From: Ginglymostoma cirratum
Lineage: Eukaryota
Assembly: GCA_024137785.1 (NCBI GenBank)
Contig: JAHRHZ010000274.1
Span: 20,386,086 to 20,450,085, forward strand
DNA length: 64,000 nt
Direction of reading: 5' to 3'
Shown here: positions 39,850 to 54,080 of the stretch, piece after piece
How the letters are laid out: each line of letters opens with the position of its first letter
How positions within the stretch are numbered: position 1 is the stretch's first letter
The notes under the pieces: model-generated
Databases searched by the model: none
Told to the model about the DNA's origin: nothing
What the model saw: only the letters and a program-made list of their open reading frames with translations
Translations under genes and position numbers: made by a program

Positions 39850-40195
39850 CTCGCCGAGACTTTAACATGCAGTTAGGCTGACAGACCATTGCAATGCTGC
39901 AAAGGACGTGCTGGATTTTTGAAAGTGTGTCCATTAGCTGAGGCATGAAACCAAATTCCTGTACACTTATCTCAGTGGCTCAGGTCAGCTTTAAAGATCC
40001 CATTGCCATGGTTTGAAGGGGGTTCTGTTCATATCCTGATCAATATCCCTCCCTAAGACTTGCTCAGTGATAAAAATAGTTGACGTGTTTGAATTCCTAG
40101 CAATGGATACTGAATTTCAAAATTATTCACCGTTGTGATTGGAATGTTTCTGTGCACCACAGTAAGGTGATACAGAAATGTAAGCTTTTCTCATT
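39850..40195 (+). mobile_element. Old SacSINE1/DeuSINE-like SINE
   Basis: TTAGGCTGACA, AAAGATCCCATTGCC, TCCTGATCAATAT and a GATACAGAAATGTAAG tail. Confidence 0.5.
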
Positions 40196-41499
40196 GGTTT
40201 TGTTTTCCATCAATAAGGCAGTTCACTCTGAACTCTGAAGGTAAACTCTGCTCCTTAGTGTGATGAAAGATCATACACAGTTGATGGTGATTCACTTTTC
40301 ACTGTATTTCCCGAAATATGTGTGACAATAAATCATCATTCAAATCATTCATTATGCTGAACATTTCATCACTGCACAAAACAGCAGGTCTGTACAAGCA
40401 GACAAAATGCAGAACAATATTCAAACTGACACAATTTGCAGGTCAGCTTAAGAAAGGCATAAAATCAAAAGAGTCAGGAAAATGAAAACAATATCAATTC
40501 ATTTTCTCACTGTTGTAATATGCAAGGGCAGAGCTGAAAGTAGCAAGAACTGTTTCAGATAAAGCTTTATTGATCAGAAGAGTAATTAAATGAAACAAAA
40601 ATACAAATTGTTCCCTTTCCTTGTGTACAATTTTACATAGTTACAGCACATCTCGATTAAGGGTTGCATTAACCACACCCATCTTTGTAACCTTTCTGAG
40701 AGGAAATAAGATTCAGCACAACCTAATGTCCCTATCATTGTAAAATTGAACAGTTAATTAACTGAACTGCTATCTTATACAACATGAATGTAATCTACTG
40801 GCTGTGTCATATCCATCTAAAACTGGCAACTGAAAATATTGTTGGATTCTCCAAAGAGCAGTGTGTTGGGTACTCACCTCAATGATAATACTTAACAATA
40901 CTGGGTGTTACATTTGCATCAGTAGTAACACTGGACACAGCATTACGGAGGTTGGTGGATCTATGATTGGGACTCATTATGGCTCCAGTCATTCTGTGCT
41001 ATGGCCATTTCACTGCCCCACACTGGGGAAAGCAGCACACACAGGGTTCCCCTGCATGTCTCTGAACTGGTGCTATCATGATGTCACTCAGCCCAACCAG
41101 TTGATTTAACGTTGTATTTGCCAAATTAAATCATCTGGTTTTATTCAAAGTTCTGTCACTCACTGATTACTCACTAAAATTAATGCATTCAGTGCCATTG
41201 TGGAGGTGGGGGAGGCACTCAGTATTAATGCTATGTAATCAACCAGACAACAACTTACAATATCTGACTTAGCTCTGCTTTGGCTGAGTATTAGGTGCTG
41301 CATTTTTGAAGGTACATTTTGAGAGGTCAGAGAGGATGCAGGAACTGCTGACTGAGGCAGAGGGGCTATGGCTGTCTCTTCATTTGCAGCATTGGTCTAT
41401 TTAGGGGGGAGGCTCTGTAAAGATGTAGGAGTGGGAGGACACTCCACAGAAGACCCTGCCTCCAAGGGTTTGGTAGAATCAGTTTTCATATTACACCTG

Positions 41500-42450
41500 T
41501 CTCAGGAAGTTCATCAGGGGGTGATCACAGAATTGAGTCACCTCGTACAATCCAATTTGAAGCCTCACATCAAGGTGGGGTCAGCAGCACCAGTGTCAAT
41601 GAAGGTCAATAGTGTCTTAACTGTTTTAAAGTGGTCTAGTCATTCCAGGTGGGAGCCTCTCTAACACATCTCAGTAAATCATTCATCAGTACAATTGGGA
41701 AAGCTCACCAAGACCATCAGTTCTAGACTAGAACAGAACAACACCTTCTCATTCAGAGGAAGTCAAGGAAAGGACGGAAAGAATGAAAAGGTACATGGCT
41801 TTGCCAGGATGGTGGGATTCTGGAAGTTGCATGGAGCTACAGTTGACACTTAAACAACTCTGTTGTTTCCAAATGTCAATGTTGAGGATCTTCAAGGATT
41901 ACCATTCGATCCATGTGCAGTTGCTTTGTGGCCATGCCAAGTATATTATATTGGCAAATGCTCAGTAAGCTAGCAGCAGCTATGATACATTGATCCTTCA
42001 CCAGTCAGATCAACCTACCATCTTCTGGTCTTCTGTTGAAGCCAATTGAAGGAAATGGTTGCTTGGGGACAAAGGTGACTCTGTCTACATGGGACAGATG
42101 ACCATACAGTTCCCCGGCTCACCAGACAGGGAGAGCGTATACAAGCCACAGATTAACTCAGAAAATCATTGAGCAGCCAATTGGCCAGTTGGTAGTAAAG
42201 GTTCACTACCATAACCACTCAGGGAAAGTCCTACAGAACACACCAGAACATGATTTGAAGACTGTTGGCGTGTGTTGCATCACCCACCACATCACGACGA
42301 CCTCAGTGCAGCCAGTACTTCAAGGAATCTGGAGGTCATCTTGAGAGGAGGAGAGGAGGAACAGGATGACTAGGAAGCATGGAAGAGACGTCCTGAACCC
42401 TTATGACCTGGCCAGGGATGTCAGAGAACGCAGTATCAGATTCTGTTTGC
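41500..42450 (+). mobile_element. Decayed PIF/Harbinger transposase (DDE_Tnp_4/HARBI1-like)
   Basis: KDYHSIHVQLLCGH...ANAQ*ASSSYDTLIL and WLLGDKG match the Harbinger K..HS.N.Q..CD, PGS.HD..IL and WLLGD.GY motifs, with stops and frameshifts. Confidence 0.7.
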
Positions 42451-45400
42451 AATGACATAAGAACAGGGAGGCACGTCAGGCAGTAACTAGAAAGTGAAAC
42501 AAAGTTCTACATTTCAGGTCAGTGGCCTTTCATTAAATCAGTGCTATCTGCAATTTCACTTCATGCCAAGTATAGGATAAGGGTGAGGAGCGAGTAGAGA
42601 AAAAGAACCAGGCAGTCACTTACCATCATGTAATTTCTAACTCACTAACTGAGGAGAATTGGTATCTTTAAGAAGATTCACGATCCCAAGGAGATTGAGA
42701 TGATCCACTGCAATGCCAACTACATCAAATTTGATATATCATCATTATAGATTCTGTCTTTTTGAATTTTAACAATGAATGGGAGGGCATTATGATATTA
42801 TTGATTGCAACATTTGGTAGGTTGGTTCATGGATAATCATTGCAAGATATTTTACTATCGTGATGTTATGCCTTTAAGATGAGGTCTCCCAAAAATAGGT
42901 TCCCTGTGCTGTTCTGTTAGTCATCTGGAAACTACAATATAAAATGTCGAGATCACATTTCAAGCCTGATGCTTGTGTAAAGCAGGAAAGTGATGTCATT
43001 TTTTTTCGCAACAAGATATTTTAATTAACTGGGGTCCAAAGCTTTCATCCTGCTGACTTCAGCAAAATACAATCATTACCCAAGTTCCACATGAACGTTA
43101 GTAAAATTGGCTCAGAGCTACATTTAATTATTACTTTCACTGCAGGCCTTTTAATTTATATTGATTCTGGTTTGAAAGGCCTAGCATAACTGAGTCTTAT
43201 ATGTCTTAAGCCATGTCTGCTTCTAGTATGAATATAATCACTGTCTTCAATTCAATTGATAACAAATGAAATATTGCATCCTCTTATTGTCCTACAAATA
43301 ACATTTTTTCTCAAGCAGATACATAATTATGCTTATAATTTTGTAATTCTTGTGATTGACAATATTGCTGCAATATTTCTGATCTGAAACCTACAATATA
43401 AAAGATAATGTTAGAGAGAAAAATTAAACCTAGTATTGATTTCTTCTTCTTTCCAGCTTTCCAGCGTACAACAATCTCTGTAATGTGTTGGAGGAGCACA
43501 AAATCTACAACTGCCCTACCTAGGCACAGTGTTTAATGTTTTAGAAGCTGTTCATGCCTTCCTAATTGAGATTAATGTTAATAGCAAGCATGTCAAGCAA
43601 TTTGCCCAAAGTGGGTGACTGCCAATGAGAAGAATGGGCAATCTACCTGGTGTGAACTGTATATGCTGCTGTTTCACACGTGACACCAATGTCTAGTTAT
43701 TAACCTTAATCCTCACTTGCTCAGGCTGTAAAATACCTAGCACCGGAAACAGAAAGATTATCAGGATTAAGAATGTGAAGCTGGGTGATGGAAAATATTT
43801 TTGTTTTTTTATCCAGTAGAGGAAATTTAATGAAGGTGTACTGTTTGATCAGTCACTGTGGGTCAAGCAGAGATTGAGGTCAGGTTATGTAAATTAACAA
43901 TAAAACGTCCGGAGCTGAAATGTAAAAATAAACACTTGTAAAATTTATCAGAGGCTGCGCAAATATTGATAGTCTCCTCTCATATTCAAAGTAAATTTAA
44001 GAACAGTTTAATTGGGAGAAACTAACACAATCTGCATCAATACCTGGGATTGACTAAAGCATTCAGAATTGGCAGGAAATTCTTCAAAGGTTTGGTAAAG
44101 ATGAGGAGGTCTATCACCAACTACCATCATTAGGCCCACCTTAACCCCAGCCATTAGCTCTTCCAGACAAAGAACCCTCCAGTATACCCATTATGGTACC
44201 AATCCCATAAATCCAGGGTCCACTTCTACCTAGCTCAGATGTCCATTCCAAATACTCAATCCTGCTTGTGTCCTGCTTCTTGACAGTGATGCAAAGTTTG
44301 CATTTCACTAGAGTGGACCTGCAAACACACTGCATATGCATCAAGCAGGCAGCCATCTCTCAAACTCTTAGGGGTGAGCCTTTACAAAAGTCCGTGGAGG
44401 TGCCTGTCAGACAGAGGGTCCTGGCATAGTGAGTCAAGGCAGCCTCCTATATAACTCTAAGGATTGGCCACAGTTAGGTGTCCAGTCAGGGTGATCTCAG
44501 TCGGGGGTCCATGTCTCTGCAGTCTGGAGAGTGTGTCACAGTCCATCCCATAACTCCATAGAGTCCAGTCCAGGGGACAGGGCTAACATGGTCAGGGAGT
44601 TGTACGGCCACCTCTGAGGACACTTCGCTTGGGGCTGTCTGGTTAGGTTACTCAAAGGGGTGGGGGCCTGTGGAAAAACAAGGTGTGTTGTTGCCATAGG
44701 AAACAGACTTGGGGACCCATCCTTTGGGATGGGGTCTTCAAGTCGGGAGCAAGTGAGGATGATAATTGTGAGAAGGGGCAACAGTATCTGCAAGGGGGCA
44801 GACATGGTAGAATGGATGGAAGGAATCATACAGGAGGATGGTTTGTCCATAGTCAGTAACACCCTGGCTTTGAGGAGGGGACAGTGTATAATCACACCTG
44901 GTAATGGTCACCTCATGCCACAGGCTAGAGGGAAAACCTATGGGGTTCACCGAAAGGACTACTAGAAAGATGTTCTAATTATTTGGGGCTCCACCAATAC
45001 GTAGAGGTGGAGGCTGGAGGTACTGTCTGAAGAGCATTCACCATCATCTTCCATCACGCTCAGAATCCAAAGTGTGCAATAGGAAACATAATGGTGGAAA
45101 CCAACCTCGGAGAGAGCAGGGTTAGTGACTCTATTCTTTCTGACTGCATTTGGTTGGATAAACACGCTTTATGTTTGCCATCTAGGCAGCTGGTGTATGC
45201 TGTACGTTTTCAGTTGATGTTTGGTGTGTTGTACTGCAGGACATCACCCTCCTGCTCCTCCCGCTTACTGTCCTCACTGTCATGCAGCCTGTCTGTGGGT
45301 TTGCACAAAACAGTACGTCAATACAACATTACTGTGAGCCTTTAGACTCAGGCAGAAATTCCACTGCACTACCAGGCATGACACAGCATGGTAAAGCAAA

Positions 45401-48400
45401 GAAAGGTAGGGAGGTTGCAAGAATGCAGTTAGGTGCCATTTGACTGAGCGCTAAGAGAACAAGCAAGCAGACCTCAAATGTAGCTTGATTCAGTCATGAG
45501 CTGGGCTCCTGACTCCTTCCAGCAGCCTTTCAATGACTGTTGCAAAGGAAATGCAATGCAGGTGGATGTTTCCTAAGCATCCTGCAAGTGAATTGGAGAG
45601 GAGTCACAAGGATCCTGAAGGGCTGGCAATTATCAGATGCCAATGCATGTCATTGCATGAGATGCACAGGGCTGGTGCCCATGGATTGGACCCTGACATA
45701 CTAACCTGTGGTGACCAACATGGAGGCTTTTTGGAGCCAGCCCCCTTGCAGAATCTAGTCTGGATGGCCACAATTTAGTTAAAAGATGCAGTGAGTTGTT
45801 CTTGATGTTGAGATCGGCCTCGTTGGACTTCTTATGTGATGTGCCACATTTCTTGCCATAGCCCATGTTGTTCAGGCTGCTATAAGATTTCACCCTTGGA
45901 TCCACTTGTAAGTCATTTTGAAGAATGACATAGGACCAATGATAGGGAAAGACATAGGATTGGAAAATTTCTTACTGACCTCCTCAGGCTGTTAAAACAT
46001 GCCTAGCAGATTGTCTGGACCACATTATCTATAAAGGCACTTACTTTCTACATGATGGAATCACTGCACTGGTCTCAAAACATATCGGCTCAACTTTTAG
46101 GGGATGCAGAGAATCAGCATCTGTCTCTTAGGATGACTTGTTTGCACTTTTCTTTAATATTAGTTGGTGAGACCAATGCGTGAGCTGCAGACTGGCGCAT
46201 ACAGAAAAATTGGGTCACTGTGATGGTAGTGTCCCTCACACCAGCCAGCTAAACAATGTTTTTGTTCTATTGTAAATTCTTCAATTAATGTTGGTTTTCC
46301 TGGTGATTTTGTAGAGAATTTGTTTCTGTGTAGATATTCCTTGTATGATTTGCTGCCCAAAACAAAAGAAAATCATTACATAAAAATAAAATATGAAAAG
46401 TAATAAAGAAATGGAAAGAAATGTTAATCAGCCAATAAAGCCTGTAACCCATCACCAGCTCCATAGTGCAAATAGCTTCACTTTAAAGCCAGATAAACAA
46501 ATGGATTGTATAGCAAAATTTAATCTTGAAAGCAATGATGATTAAACTCACACCTATTTTCATTTGAACCGCAACCCACATGAAACATGCCCTAAATAGG
46601 AGATCACAAACAGTCCCAGTCAAGCACAAATTCCATGCAAATTCTCCCGCATATTCACCTCATCCTGGAAGGTAGGTATGAGGCCATTGGCTTGAATATA
46701 TACCCTCTGTTTCTTTCATAGATATTGAAATGTACTTTGTGAATCAAAACAAAAGTGAGCAATCAGAAGCCAAAAAAAAAGCTTCAACATTCTTTGACCC
46801 GCTGCAATGTTTACTCCTCATTGAACCTTGAAAGCAGTTCCTGCCAAAACACCTGAGTGACATGTGAAAAACAGACCAAGCCCCATTGTTGTTGTAATTC
46901 ACAAATCTTCCAGCCTTCTTTGATATCCCTGTTGCTTTAATTGTTGCTGCTGTCTTATCTTTACATGTATCGAGTTAATACCAACTTTAGCCAGCACACA
47001 TCTGCCAGTTTGCAGGATGTAATCAGATCACTTTTTCAACTTCTTACACTGGCTTTCTACCTTACAATATAAACTTCATTTTACAAAAAACTCACCTTGA
47101 ACGGGAGTAAAAGAATGGCCCATCAGAGGCATATTTCACACTTTGCTCAATTGTGTTCAATGGAAAAGGAAATATACCACCACAGGTTTGTGCTCCCGTA
47201 AGAACAATCTGAAAGAGATAATGAAAGAGAGGCTGCTGCCACAAGCTCCATCACTGGTGCCATCAACAAAGAAAGGCTTTCCTGATGGTGCTGGCAATGA
47301 TAGCAGTAGCCTCAAGAGTCACCAGTCACTTTGCTGCACATTCTCAGAGAGGGACCTTACAACGTTAACATAGATATGTTGCACCTCAATGAAGGTTCTC
47401 AGTCTATCAACATGTGACATCTTCTAACCCATTTCTCTTGGTTCTCTCATGTTCTCTGAATCAACCTCAATTGTACAGTCTAATTTCTCTCCGCTTGCGA
47501 AGAAACAACTGTTAGATGAGCTGAAAATGTGTAATCATTGGCCCTATATTTGTGGGGAGGGTGGAGTTATTGTAAACTTAATCATCACCACAGCTCATCA
47601 TGGTGTAAGATCCACCTGATAGATTTGCCACTAACAGATTTGCTCATCTATCAGTTCAACTGTAAGAAGAAATTAGAATAACAACTCTACAGGAAAACTT
47701 AACAGAATAATAGATTATTATGACTATTAAACAGTGAATGTTCCAATATAGTAACATCTCATAATCACACCTTTGGCAAAGGCAAATTCGGTAAAATAGA
47801 TTGTCTCACAGGCAATCTCTCGTCCAGGAGGAAAAAAAATCAAGAGAAAACTCTGAGAGAGAGAATAGCATGGAGAGATGTACTGTAGCTTCCAAAACCA
47901 GCTTCAAGACCCCAGCAAGTGCTACTAAAATATAAAACTAAAAAATCCGGCTCTGGGGGAGCTTGACCCAACCTATTTTTCCAACTTTTTAAAAAAAACT
48001 GAAGGCCTGACAAGTTGTTTATTGGATTCAAATGGCCAGCTTGGCACTTCAGCCTTAAAACCTCTCTTCAAAAAAAGGGGACTAAATATACCTCTTAAAG
48101 CCAAATCACCTACTTTCACTTCCATTAATATCTATCTCTCTCTCTCATTTCAGGAGTAAAACAGTCCACAATATTGCGGAAGGAGTCACTGGGTGATGGT
48201 TAGTCCAACATTCAGCTCCTCACCTCTTACAGAGAGAGAATTGTGACTCTGATCACCCCTGGCAGCTGATTGACCAAGTCCAAGCCCGTTGGGGTGGTAT
48301 CGGAGGCTGCCCTTGACTTACTGTGTCAACAGGAGGGTATCTTGCCTGAGGATAACCTTGATAGTTTCCTGGCTTTGTGTCTGCGCTAAATGGCAAAGCA

Positions 48401-50477
48401 AGCCAACAGTGTTCTGAGCCTGATATCTCTGGCTGAGGGACTCAGCTTAAAAAGGCAGGACTGCTGTAAGCATCCAGGTTGGCTCAAAGTGAGTGAGTTC
48501 TATTACTGCAAATAGACAGTTCAGAGATGCAGCCTGGTTCAGCCTGTGTGTGGGTACCTGAGGCACAGTGTCCTTGCTATGGCTTTACATTGATAATTGA
48601 TGTCTTGTCCCTCAGTACTGCATTGAAGTGGATTGGATCAGAGATGTTCCTTGAGGATTGTTAGAACATGTTGGATGCCAATGTCCATGGATGTGGATTG
48701 GGGGTCGTGTGGCATGCCCTGAGATGTTGGTGCCCGATATTGGACATGGCGATTTTCTGAGGCAAGCGGCAATCCGAAGCTGCGAGTAATCCACTCTGAC
48801 TTCTGTGTCAACAATTCTCAGCATCTAGTTTGCTCACGGTGGGTGGTAGGATTGGAAGCTGCATATTAATGAAACAAGAGGTACATTTAATAAGGTCATT
48901 AACAAGCAATAATTTCCCTCTTAATTAGTATCTCATGCTCTTTAGCAAACTAGGCAGTAATGTGACAGAGAGGATCCCTGCCCTTCAGGTAACCTACAGG
49001 ATATAATTTCAGTGAGTTCATGGAACCTATAAAAGATTGTCACTGCATTCTGTTCTGCCATATTGCTGCTCAAGCCATGAAGATAAAATCTTCATTTAAC
49101 CACTTCACTATAATATTTCCTGTCAGCTGATCCTGGAGACGTCCAGTCACAGTACAAGAAAAATGTGTAAATAACACTACTTCAATTACCTGAAATGTTA
49201 AGCTTGTCTTCTTCAAGATTTAATGATTTGAATCAACCACTGGGTAAAGACCAACTCCCTAAAGTCACAGCATGCTATTAATTCCTGAGCCACTTCAAAA
49301 TCTGTAATAAATTTACTCGAAATTTGGCAACCCACAGATTAAAAACAGAGTAATACACTACTTTTTGCAACCAATTAGTGGCAGTAAAATCAGATCCACA
49401 TTCATTTGAAAGTGAGAAATAAAGGCCTCTGTATATACAAGAAGGCAGAGCAAGAATGGAGAGGCTGAAAGTGGATGAGGATCTTTGCAATACCAGAAAA
49501 GCAGAGGTCCTGCTCTTGTATTTTACTTGTGGAACATCATTATCATCTTGTAAACTCCCAGCAGGTCTTACGGTAAAGTAACACCTCTATTTCCGAGGCA
49601 GAACCTCTGGATCAAAGTTCCACCCCAGGACTTGATAGCCAAGAAAGATGCTGTCATAACTTGGCCAAGGGCAGGTGATAATGGAGGGAGTTACTCTCAG
49701 CTCATGTGATAGAAAGTGGTTGGAGTCTCCAGCTGCAGGCTATAATATCCATGTAAAAATATATGTTACCAAAGCAATATGGATTTTGCGGGGTCGGGGG
49801 GAGGTGCTGTTGGTGGCAGCAGGTAGTTGACTCGGTTGGATGGCTGGTTTTGATAATATTGTTACCACGAACATAAGGTTTGACCCCTGTCCTGGCTGGG
49901 GTGGGTTCAGAACCTGCTTCCTGACCCTACCCATGCTGGAGGTCATGGCATTATGGCACGGGAGTTACAAAAAAGAGAGGAGCCCTCTTTCCCTCCTTTC
50001 CAGGTCATTAAAAAAGGGGACAATGACCTTAAATGGATCAGCAATTGGGAGAAAGAAGATTAATGCTCTTGCAAGTACACACTTCAACCATTCATCTCAT
50101 TGGTACATTGGTCCTCTATTGGGGTAGTCAGTGGGGTAGAGGGCTCCACAGTGAGAAGCAGTAGATACTGAAGCAGGGACAGTCCAGTAAAGTTGTTGTG
50201 CAGTCAGAGATGAGAACTTCAGACACCAAGCAAGAAAACTGCCAGCCTTACACAAGGTTTTACATTGACTCACTAGAATTTGTAACACCAAGGCAGGATT
50301 TAGACTCTGGTTCCAGCCTTCAGCAGTATCTACCATTCATAATGTGGCCATATCCCTGTGATATTGCATCTGATCCTCATCAATTTTGCAGCAAGTGGAA
50401 GATTAAACAGCCAATCATGCACACTTGTCATCCAACTTGCATGAATTTATGCATCAAACGGATTGAGGCTTTTCAAA

Positions 50478-51111
50478 GAATCGTAGTCAGACAGCACGGA
50501 AACAGACCTTTCGGTTGAACCAGTCCATGCTGAACATAATCCCAGACTAACTAGTCCCACCTGCCTGTTCCTGGCCCATATCCCTCCAAAACTTTTCTAT
50601 TCATGTACTTATCCAAATGTCTTTTCAATGTTGTAATTGTAACCACATCCACTACTTTCTTAGGAAGTTCATTCCACACTTGAACCACCCTCTGCATAAG
50701 AAATTTGCCTCTCGTGTCTTTGTTAAATCTCTTTCCTCTCACCTTGAAAATGCATCCCCTAGTCTTGAGATTCCCCATACTAGGGAAAAGACAGCTACCA
50801 TTAACCCTATCTATACCTCTTAGTATTTTATATACTTCTATAAGGTCACCTCTCAACCTCCTATGTTCCATTGAAAAAAATCCCAGCCTAGCTAGCTTTT
50901 CTTTATAACCCGACCTTCCCTACCCCATCCTGGCAAATCTCTTCTGAACCCTGTCCAGCTTAATAATGTCCTTCCTATAACTGGGAGACCAGGACTGGAC
51001 ACAGTATTGCAGTAGAGGCCTCACCAATATCCTGTACCTCAATAACCTCAACATGATTTCCCAATTCCTATACTCAAAGGACTGAGCAATGAAGGCAGGC
51101 ATGCCAAACAC
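50478..51111 (-). mobile_element. CR1 LINE 3' fragment
   Basis: LVRPLLQYCVQ.WSP.YRKDI.KLDRVQKRF and RRLRGDLIEVYKILRGIDRV...TRG..FKV motifs. Confidence 0.92.
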
Positions 51112-51558
51112 ATCTTCTGTTGTCTGTACTTCCTCAGATTAGTGTAAGTGATGAGCACCGGCCACATGGGAGTGGAAATAGCATAAAGGAGCAGTACATG
51201 TTGACTACTCTCAGGATGCCAGCACACTTACCTTTCTGCCACAGTCTCGCCCAATGTTACTCTGGTGCCAGCAAATCAGTTGGACCAAACATACAGTGCA
51301 CGAGTTTCAGCAGTCTCCAGTCAGTCCCTCACAAACACAAACCTCCAGGAGAGAACAGCTATAGCCATTTCGGCATCCCAACATAGGGAGGAGCTGCATT
51401 CCATCTGCCTTGTTCAGTCCTCATAGGAATAGTGTAATGAGCCTTCTTTAAAGAAAAGTACTATTGATTGATTGTTAGGGTGAGAAATGATTGTCAGGCA
51501 ATTTGGTGTGGAGCTGGATGAACACAGCAGGCCAAGCAGCATCATAGGAGCAGGAAAG

Positions 51559-51592
51559 CTTGACGTTTCGGGCCTAGACCCTTCATCAGAAA
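51559..51592 (-). ncRNA. Minimal hammerhead ribozyme motif, family A
   Basis: Exact reverse complement of 51734-51767. Confidence 0.75.
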
Positions 51593-51733
51593 TGGGGGAG
51601 GGGAAGAGGGTTCTGAAATAAATCGGGAGAGAGGGGGAGGCGGATAGAGCTCCACCTATCCTCTCCTCTATCCATCTTCTATCCACCTCCCCCTCTCTCC
51701 CTATTTATTTCAGAACCCTCTTCCCCTCCCCCA

Positions 51734-51767
51734 TTTCTGATGAAGGGTCTAGGCCCGAAACGTCAAG
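51734..51767 (+). ncRNA. Minimal hammerhead ribozyme motif, family A
   Basis: TTT CTGATGA A GGGT CTAG GCCC GAAA C GTC AAG. Confidence 0.75.
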
Positions 51768-54080
51768 CTTTCCTGATCCTATGATGCTGCTTGGCCTGCT
51801 GTGTTCATCCAGCTCTACACCTTGTTATCTCAGATTCTCCAGCATCTGCAGTACCTATTATCTCTGTCAGGCAATTGGTTTGGCATTAATCAGCTTTATT
51901 ACATTTTGACTTTGATCCACAGTTTAATAGCAACTTCTGGATCTGCTTTGTAAGAATATCATTGATCCAGATGCTGTTTAAATTGCTTCGAGGTTCTTCA
52001 CTGCAGAAAGAAAGGGGTCAAACTGGGCTGTTGAAGTTGTCAGATTGGGTGCAATTAAGTTAACGGAGTTGCTGATCCCTCATATTTGATGCTGCAAGCT
52101 GTTTATTCTTTGCTGCTGCTCATGGTCCTGATGTCAGCCTCTGTTATTTAAATCAGGTCCAGAAGTTAAATAGCCTGTGCCTCACAGAGTTTCCTTTGGG
52201 GTGGCTTTCCTCAGCCTGTAAATTGATGCCTATTCTGAATGTACACCTCAGTTGAAATCCATGTTGATATATTCTTATCAAAGCCACTTATTTTATTCAT
52301 CTTAAGTGTTGTTCTGTCTGCTTCTGCTCAATGGCTGTCTGCTCCATTTGGGAACTGGTTATGTAAGCTCTGGCAAGAAGCATTCACAAGCAAAACCATC
52401 CTACCCTTGTTCCCTGGAACGTGGAAGACATACAGATTATTCACATCCTAGTACTAGAAAGCTTTAAAAACTTAACATCTTAGGCCTGAGACACGTAATG
52501 GGTTTCACACCATAATGCCTCTGTATTTCACTTGTACATTCGTGATATCTGCTACTTTGAGGTTTTTTTCCTAAGCTCTAAATATTCCTTTCCTCAACCT
52601 TTGTATCCTTGCAGTTTTAAAAATCAAAGTTCTATACATTGTTTCCCAGTCCAGTTAATCTTACTGAAGATTCATGACCATGGGACTCTAACTCCCTCAG
52701 CTGTCTTTTGTAAAGTCATAATTTTAAGATCCAATTTTGGTGTCATTTGCTCACAATGCCTCACTTCTCCTTCTTGTCACTTTTCAAACTGAGTGGTCCA
52801 ATATTTTGTCAGGAGGTTATGAAAATAAGTTAAAGGTTTCACTGGCAGACTGTTTACTTACACAGTTGTTCAGCCAAGAAAAAAATTCTCTACAAAAAGA
52901 GTTCTGAGAAGTGCAGAGTAGTCACAAGACTTCTCATGTTATAGAAGAAAAATAGTGATGAAAAGCTTCAAAGAAAACACCAGAGTCAGAACTGTAGCAT
53001 AGCTTGTTTATTTTTTTTAAACTTTTTTTGCATAGGGAAACATATTCACTTCCAGTAATTGTATGTAGTATGAGCAGCTGCTAACAGTAATGGCTGAATA
53101 CAATGGTTATAATCAAATGTCAAGCTGAGTTCACACCAGTTTAAAACGAGTGGTGATTTAGTTACGTATATACTGTACATCTGTGTACAAAAGCAGCAGG
53201 AAAGATGCTGGTCTTTGTACAAGTGTCCCTTTACATAATTAGCTAAAAATCAAAAGACAAATACAATCAAAATAAATGATTATTTTTAGTTGTTGGAGTA
53301 GAACTGTGATCATGAAAGATTTTATTTTGTCAGAAGTTTGCATCAAGCAACTAAAGAGCCACAAGTTTGTCCTGGTGTGTAGTGTGTGTATGTCTGTGCA
53401 GCAAGCAAGCGGTTAACTACTGTGGTAACTACCGTAATATTCTAAAATATAATGAAAAACCCTCAGAAATAACACGGTCTCAATGCGTTCTCAGAGAAAT
53501 ATTCTCTTCCCAGAATATGTGCAATGTAATACATATGGAATTACAACAGTGATGTTCAAAGGACATTTGTCATAGAGCCTGTGCAACAAAGACATAAAAA
53601 AAAGACAAACTGTGAAAACCAGGTCTTGCAAAGCAAAATTGAATCCAGCAGTTGACTATCAGGCACTGCATTTATTAAAAATGTTTTTGGTACTTTTCTG
53701 CTGGCTTGTTAAAATTGCTAGAAATAACTGCAGAGAATAATGCAACTGCTTATCAGATCATTGCCCTCTATATAACTATGATCAACATCAAAGCTCAAAT
53801 TTGCAGAAAAAAAGGAAGCTGAATTTATTCCTCCTTTTTTGCCGCTACTGTCATGCTAATCAACAGATTACTCCCTATGGGCTATTTGCAGAAAATGTGC
53901 TGCATCGATGGATCTTTTGCCTGTTTTCCTGTTATTTCATACAGTAAAGTTCAGTGCAGATGGATCAAAGCACGCGAAGCATAACCTTGCTTACATGGAG
54001 CTGCCTCATTTGGGTTCTGTAGATGGATTAAGGCTTTGAAACATATTTCCTTTGGTTACTGACTTGCAGTAAAATATAAT

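Larger units (their letters stand above)
51504..51864. mobile_element. 361-bp palindromic pseudo-LTR mini-element (family A)
   Basis: Near-identical inverted arms matching the ends of 31533-33101, and a 12-bp TSD, TGTCAGGCAATT (51492-51503 and 51865-51876). Confidence 0.9.

Noticed and set aside
41783-41968. Domesticated HARBI1 gene
   Set aside because: It has an in-frame stop, frameshifts and substitutions in conserved motifs, so it is a decayed transposon copy.
49815-50030. tRNA gene
   Set aside because: Only degenerate A/B-box-like sequence with no cloverleaf. It is more likely an old SINE head and too weak to assign.
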